The notes under the pieces are model-generated. The model searched no databases, had not been told where the DNA came from, and was given only the letters and a program-made list of their open reading frames with translations. A program made the position numbers and the translations under genes. Source: Campylobacterales bacterium (GTDB lineage Bacteria > Campylobacterota > Campylobacteria > Campylobacterales > QNZT01). Taken from it: a stretch of DNA of 35,764 nt. Below, piece after piece: positions 33,872 to 35,764 of this stretch; position 1 is the first letter of the stretch, and every line of letters begins with the position of its first letter. Location of the stretch: assembly GCA_027056215.1 (NCBI GenBank), contig JALULO010000116.1:1-35764 (forward strand), in the 5' to 3' direction.

Positions 33872-33924
33872 GAAACTGTGCAGAGATTGCACTATAATTC
33901 TATTATTAACATAGAGGAGTTTTT

Positions 33925-34875
33925 ATGAAAAAAAAGTATTTCATCAAACCACCGAATAGAAAGCGACGGGAGACTGATCTCCCGTGGCAACATCCTAAAC
34001 TTAAAGCAGAAGATCCTGAAGCATTGAAGAGGATAGATGCAATTATGACCAGCCCTAGTTATCGCTTGGCTGTAGAAGATCAAAATTTTCTTCTTTGTGA
34101 TGATACCTTGCCTGTAAGATTACAATTGGATTATATAAAACCTGAATTGATTTTACGCGAGCATGGGATTGAACGAACTATTGTTGTGTTTGGTTCGACT
34201 CGTATTGTTGAACGAAAAACGGCACTTAAAAAGCTTGAAGAAGTGCAAAAAGCACTAGAAAAAAATCCCTCGTCCGAGAAGTTGCTTCAAGCATTGCGAA
34301 AGGCTGAGCGGATTTTAGAAAAATCAAAATATTATGAAGTTGCCAGAGAATTTGGGCAATTAGTAGGCAAGGCAGGAAAAGGGAAAGATGATAACCGTGT
34401 TGCCATCATGACCGGTGGTGGTCCTGGTATCATGGAGGCGGCAAACCGTGGTGCTTTCGATGTCGGTGCTAAAACAATCGGTTTAAATATCACCCTGCCT
34501 CATGAACAGTTTCCCAATCCTTATATCACTCCTGAACTCTGTTTTCAGTTTTACTACTTTGCTATACGAAAAATGCACTTTCTCAAACGTGCATGCGGTC
34601 TAGTGGTTTGTCCCGGTGGATATGGTACGATGGATGAACTTTTTGAAACACTGACACTGATTCAGACACGAAAAATTGCCCCTGTACCGGTTATTTTTAT
34701 TGGTAAAGAGTATTGGACAAAGTTAGTGAACTTTGAGATGTTTGAAGAAGAAGGAGTCATTGATCCAGAGGATCATAACCTTTTTTGGTTTGCAGAGAAT
34801 GCACAAGAAGCTTGGGAAGGTATGTTGGCGTGGCATGAAGCAAATAAAACACCACTGTATGGTGACGCTAAATGA
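33925..34875 (+). CDS. LOG-family (TIGR00730) nucleotide 5'-monophosphate nucleosidase-like protein, long type
   Basis: GGGPGIMEAANRGA and PGGYGTMDELFE motifs are present. RBS GAGGAG precedes the ATG. Confidence 0.85.
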   Translation: MKKKYFIKPPNRKRRETDLPWQHPKLKAEDPEALKRIDAIMTSPSYRLAVEDQNFLLCDDTLPVRLQLDYIKPELILREHGIERTIVVFGSTRIVERKTALKKLEEVQKALEKNPSSEKLLQALRKAERILEKSKYYEVAREFGQLVGKAGKGKDDNRVAIMTGGGPGIMEAANRGAFDVGAKTIGLNITLPHEQFPNPYITPELCFQFYYFAIRKMHFLKRACGLVVCPGGYGTMDELFETLTLIQTRKIAPVPVIFIGKEYWTKLVNFEMFEEEGVIDPEDHNLFWFAENAQEAWEGMLAWHEANKTPLYGDAK

Positions 34876-34890
34876 GAAGAGGAGTGAATC

Positions 34891-35764
34891 ATGACAGATG
34901 AAGTAAAAAATGTTGATCTGAAAAACCTGAAAGGGCTTTCTTCAGATGAGGCTGCACAACGTCTGAAAAAGTATGGTCCAAATGCGATAGAAGAGAAAGA
35001 AGAGAGTTGGTGGCATCGGCTTTTTCGTCGTTTTTGGGGACCGATTCCTTGGATGATCGAAGTTGCATCTATCCTTTCAGCAATGGCAAAGCGTTGGGAA
35101 GATTTTACGATTATTATGATTTTATTGTTTGTCAATGCGATTGTAGACTTTTATCAGGAGTCTAAAGCCCTAAGTGCGATTGCGGTACTCAAAAAGAAAT
35201 TGGCAAGAAAGGCAATTGTACTTCGAGATGAGCAGTGGCAATCCATTGATGCAAAAGAGGTTGTACCAGGGGATATCATCAAAATAAAAATCGGTGATAT
35301 CGTTCCGGCAGATGCAAAGCTGCTGGGAGGTGGAGATTTTTTACTGGTAGACCAATCGGCATTGACGGGAGAGTCCCTTCCTGTAGATAAAAAAGTGGGT
35401 GAGAGTCTTTATGCTAATGCGATTATTAAACAAGGTGAGATGACAGCTGAGGTGACTGGAACAGGGATGCATACTTATTTTGGTAAAACTGTAGGATTGG
35501 TTGCTAAGGCACAAGAGGAAGAGCATAGTCACTTTCAACAGATGGTTATCAAAGTTGGTAATTTTCTTATTTATGTTACGCTTGTAATGATTGCAATTAT
35601 TATTTACCATGGTCTTAAAACCCATCAGCCGACAGTCGATCTTCTTATTTTTGCATTGGTGTTGACTATCTCAGCAATTCCAGTAGCGATGCCTGCTGTA
35701 TTGACTGTGACAATGGCGATAGGTGCAAGAGTATTGGCATCTAAAGATGCTATTGTTAGTAGAT
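34891..35764 (+). CDS. P-type ATPase, type IIIA plasma-membrane H+-ATPase-like (N-terminal 291 codons; continues beyond window)
   Basis: This frame is not in the ORF track because it has no stop in the window. The frame is open from the ATG at 34891, which has RBS GAGGAG. LSSDEAAQRLKKYGPNAIEEKEES, PADAKLLGGGDFLLVDQSALTGESLPVDK and ISAIPVAMPAVLTVTMAIGARVLA are colinear with plant AHA and fungal PMA1. Confidence 0.85.
   Translation, partial: MTDEVKNVDLKNLKGLSSDEAAQRLKKYGPNAIEEKEESWWHRLFRRFWGPIPWMIEVASILSAMAKRWEDFTIIMILLFVNAIVDFYQESKALSAIAVLKKKLARKAIVLRDEQWQSIDAKEVVPGDIIKIKIGDIVPADAKLLGGGDFLLVDQSALTGESLPVDKKVGESLYANAIIKQGEMTAEVTGTGMHTYFGKTVGLVAKAQEEEHSHFQQMVIKVGNFLIYVTLVMIAIIIYHGLKTHQPTVDLLIFALVLTISAIPVAMPAVLTVTMAIGARVLASKDAIVSR

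Noticed and set aside
1-35764. Search for CRISPR arrays, tRNA/rRNA genes, IS elements, integrases, prophage genes, toxin-antitoxin pairs or defence-system hallmarks (large ATPases, helicase/nuclease fusions, methyltransferases).
   Set aside because: I found none. Non-coding gaps are at most 338 nt and lack direct-repeat arrays or tRNA-like sequence. The only nuclease-like protein is the beta-CASP MBL enzyme, which sits at the head of a metabolic operon.

Overview
AT-rich bacterial chromosomal segment. The gene content, a short CmeE/HefE-like efflux adaptor and TGnTATAAT-type promoters suggest Campylobacterota, but that is an inference. I count about 30 genes.

Left to right:
- 3' end of an outer-membrane barrel gene and a DUF2202-type lipoprotein.
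- A tetR-tolC-mfp-RND efflux operon with a candidate operator.
- An orphan NosD-like beta-helix protein.
- An envelope, acid and ion-stress block: HdeD plus a general-stress membrane protein, two tandem YfdX-family periplasmic proteins, guanine deaminase, BI-1/YccA, a 2-Cys peroxiredoxin, an MscK-like channel and a non-canonical Nramp-family transporter.
- A decayed stretch with an hdeD remnant and a broken YbiR-like permease.
- A small acidic ORF, a ClC, an NhaP antiporter and a Crp/Fnr-family regulator.
- A plus-strand operon: beta-CASP MBL hydrolase, ppsA, pta, ackA and a nucleotidyltransferase/phosphohexomutase-like fusion.
- A LOG-family protein and the 5' part of a type-III (plant/fungal-like) P-type H+-ATPase.

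I found no rRNA, tRNA, CRISPR array, transposase, integrase or recognisable phage-defence gene.

I do not see a convincing novel multi-protein machine. The best candidate for something undescribed is regulatory. A 16-bp palindrome, TGTTA-N6-TAACA, occurs six times. Every copy is intergenic and lies 21-22 nt upstream of a -10-like hexamer, which corresponds to a class-II Crp/Fnr position near -41.5. One copy lies beside the Crp/Fnr gene itself. The motif links the pH/ion-homeostasis genes with the pps-pta-ackA operon.

Secondary observations:
- The hdeD promoter and 5' end are duplicated in front of the Nramp-like gene.
- Two adjacent pseudogenes.
- A GC-rich, codon-shifted block covering the 3' part of pps, pta and ackA.
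- A probably inactive phosphohexomutase-like domain.
- Nramp-like metal-site substitutions.
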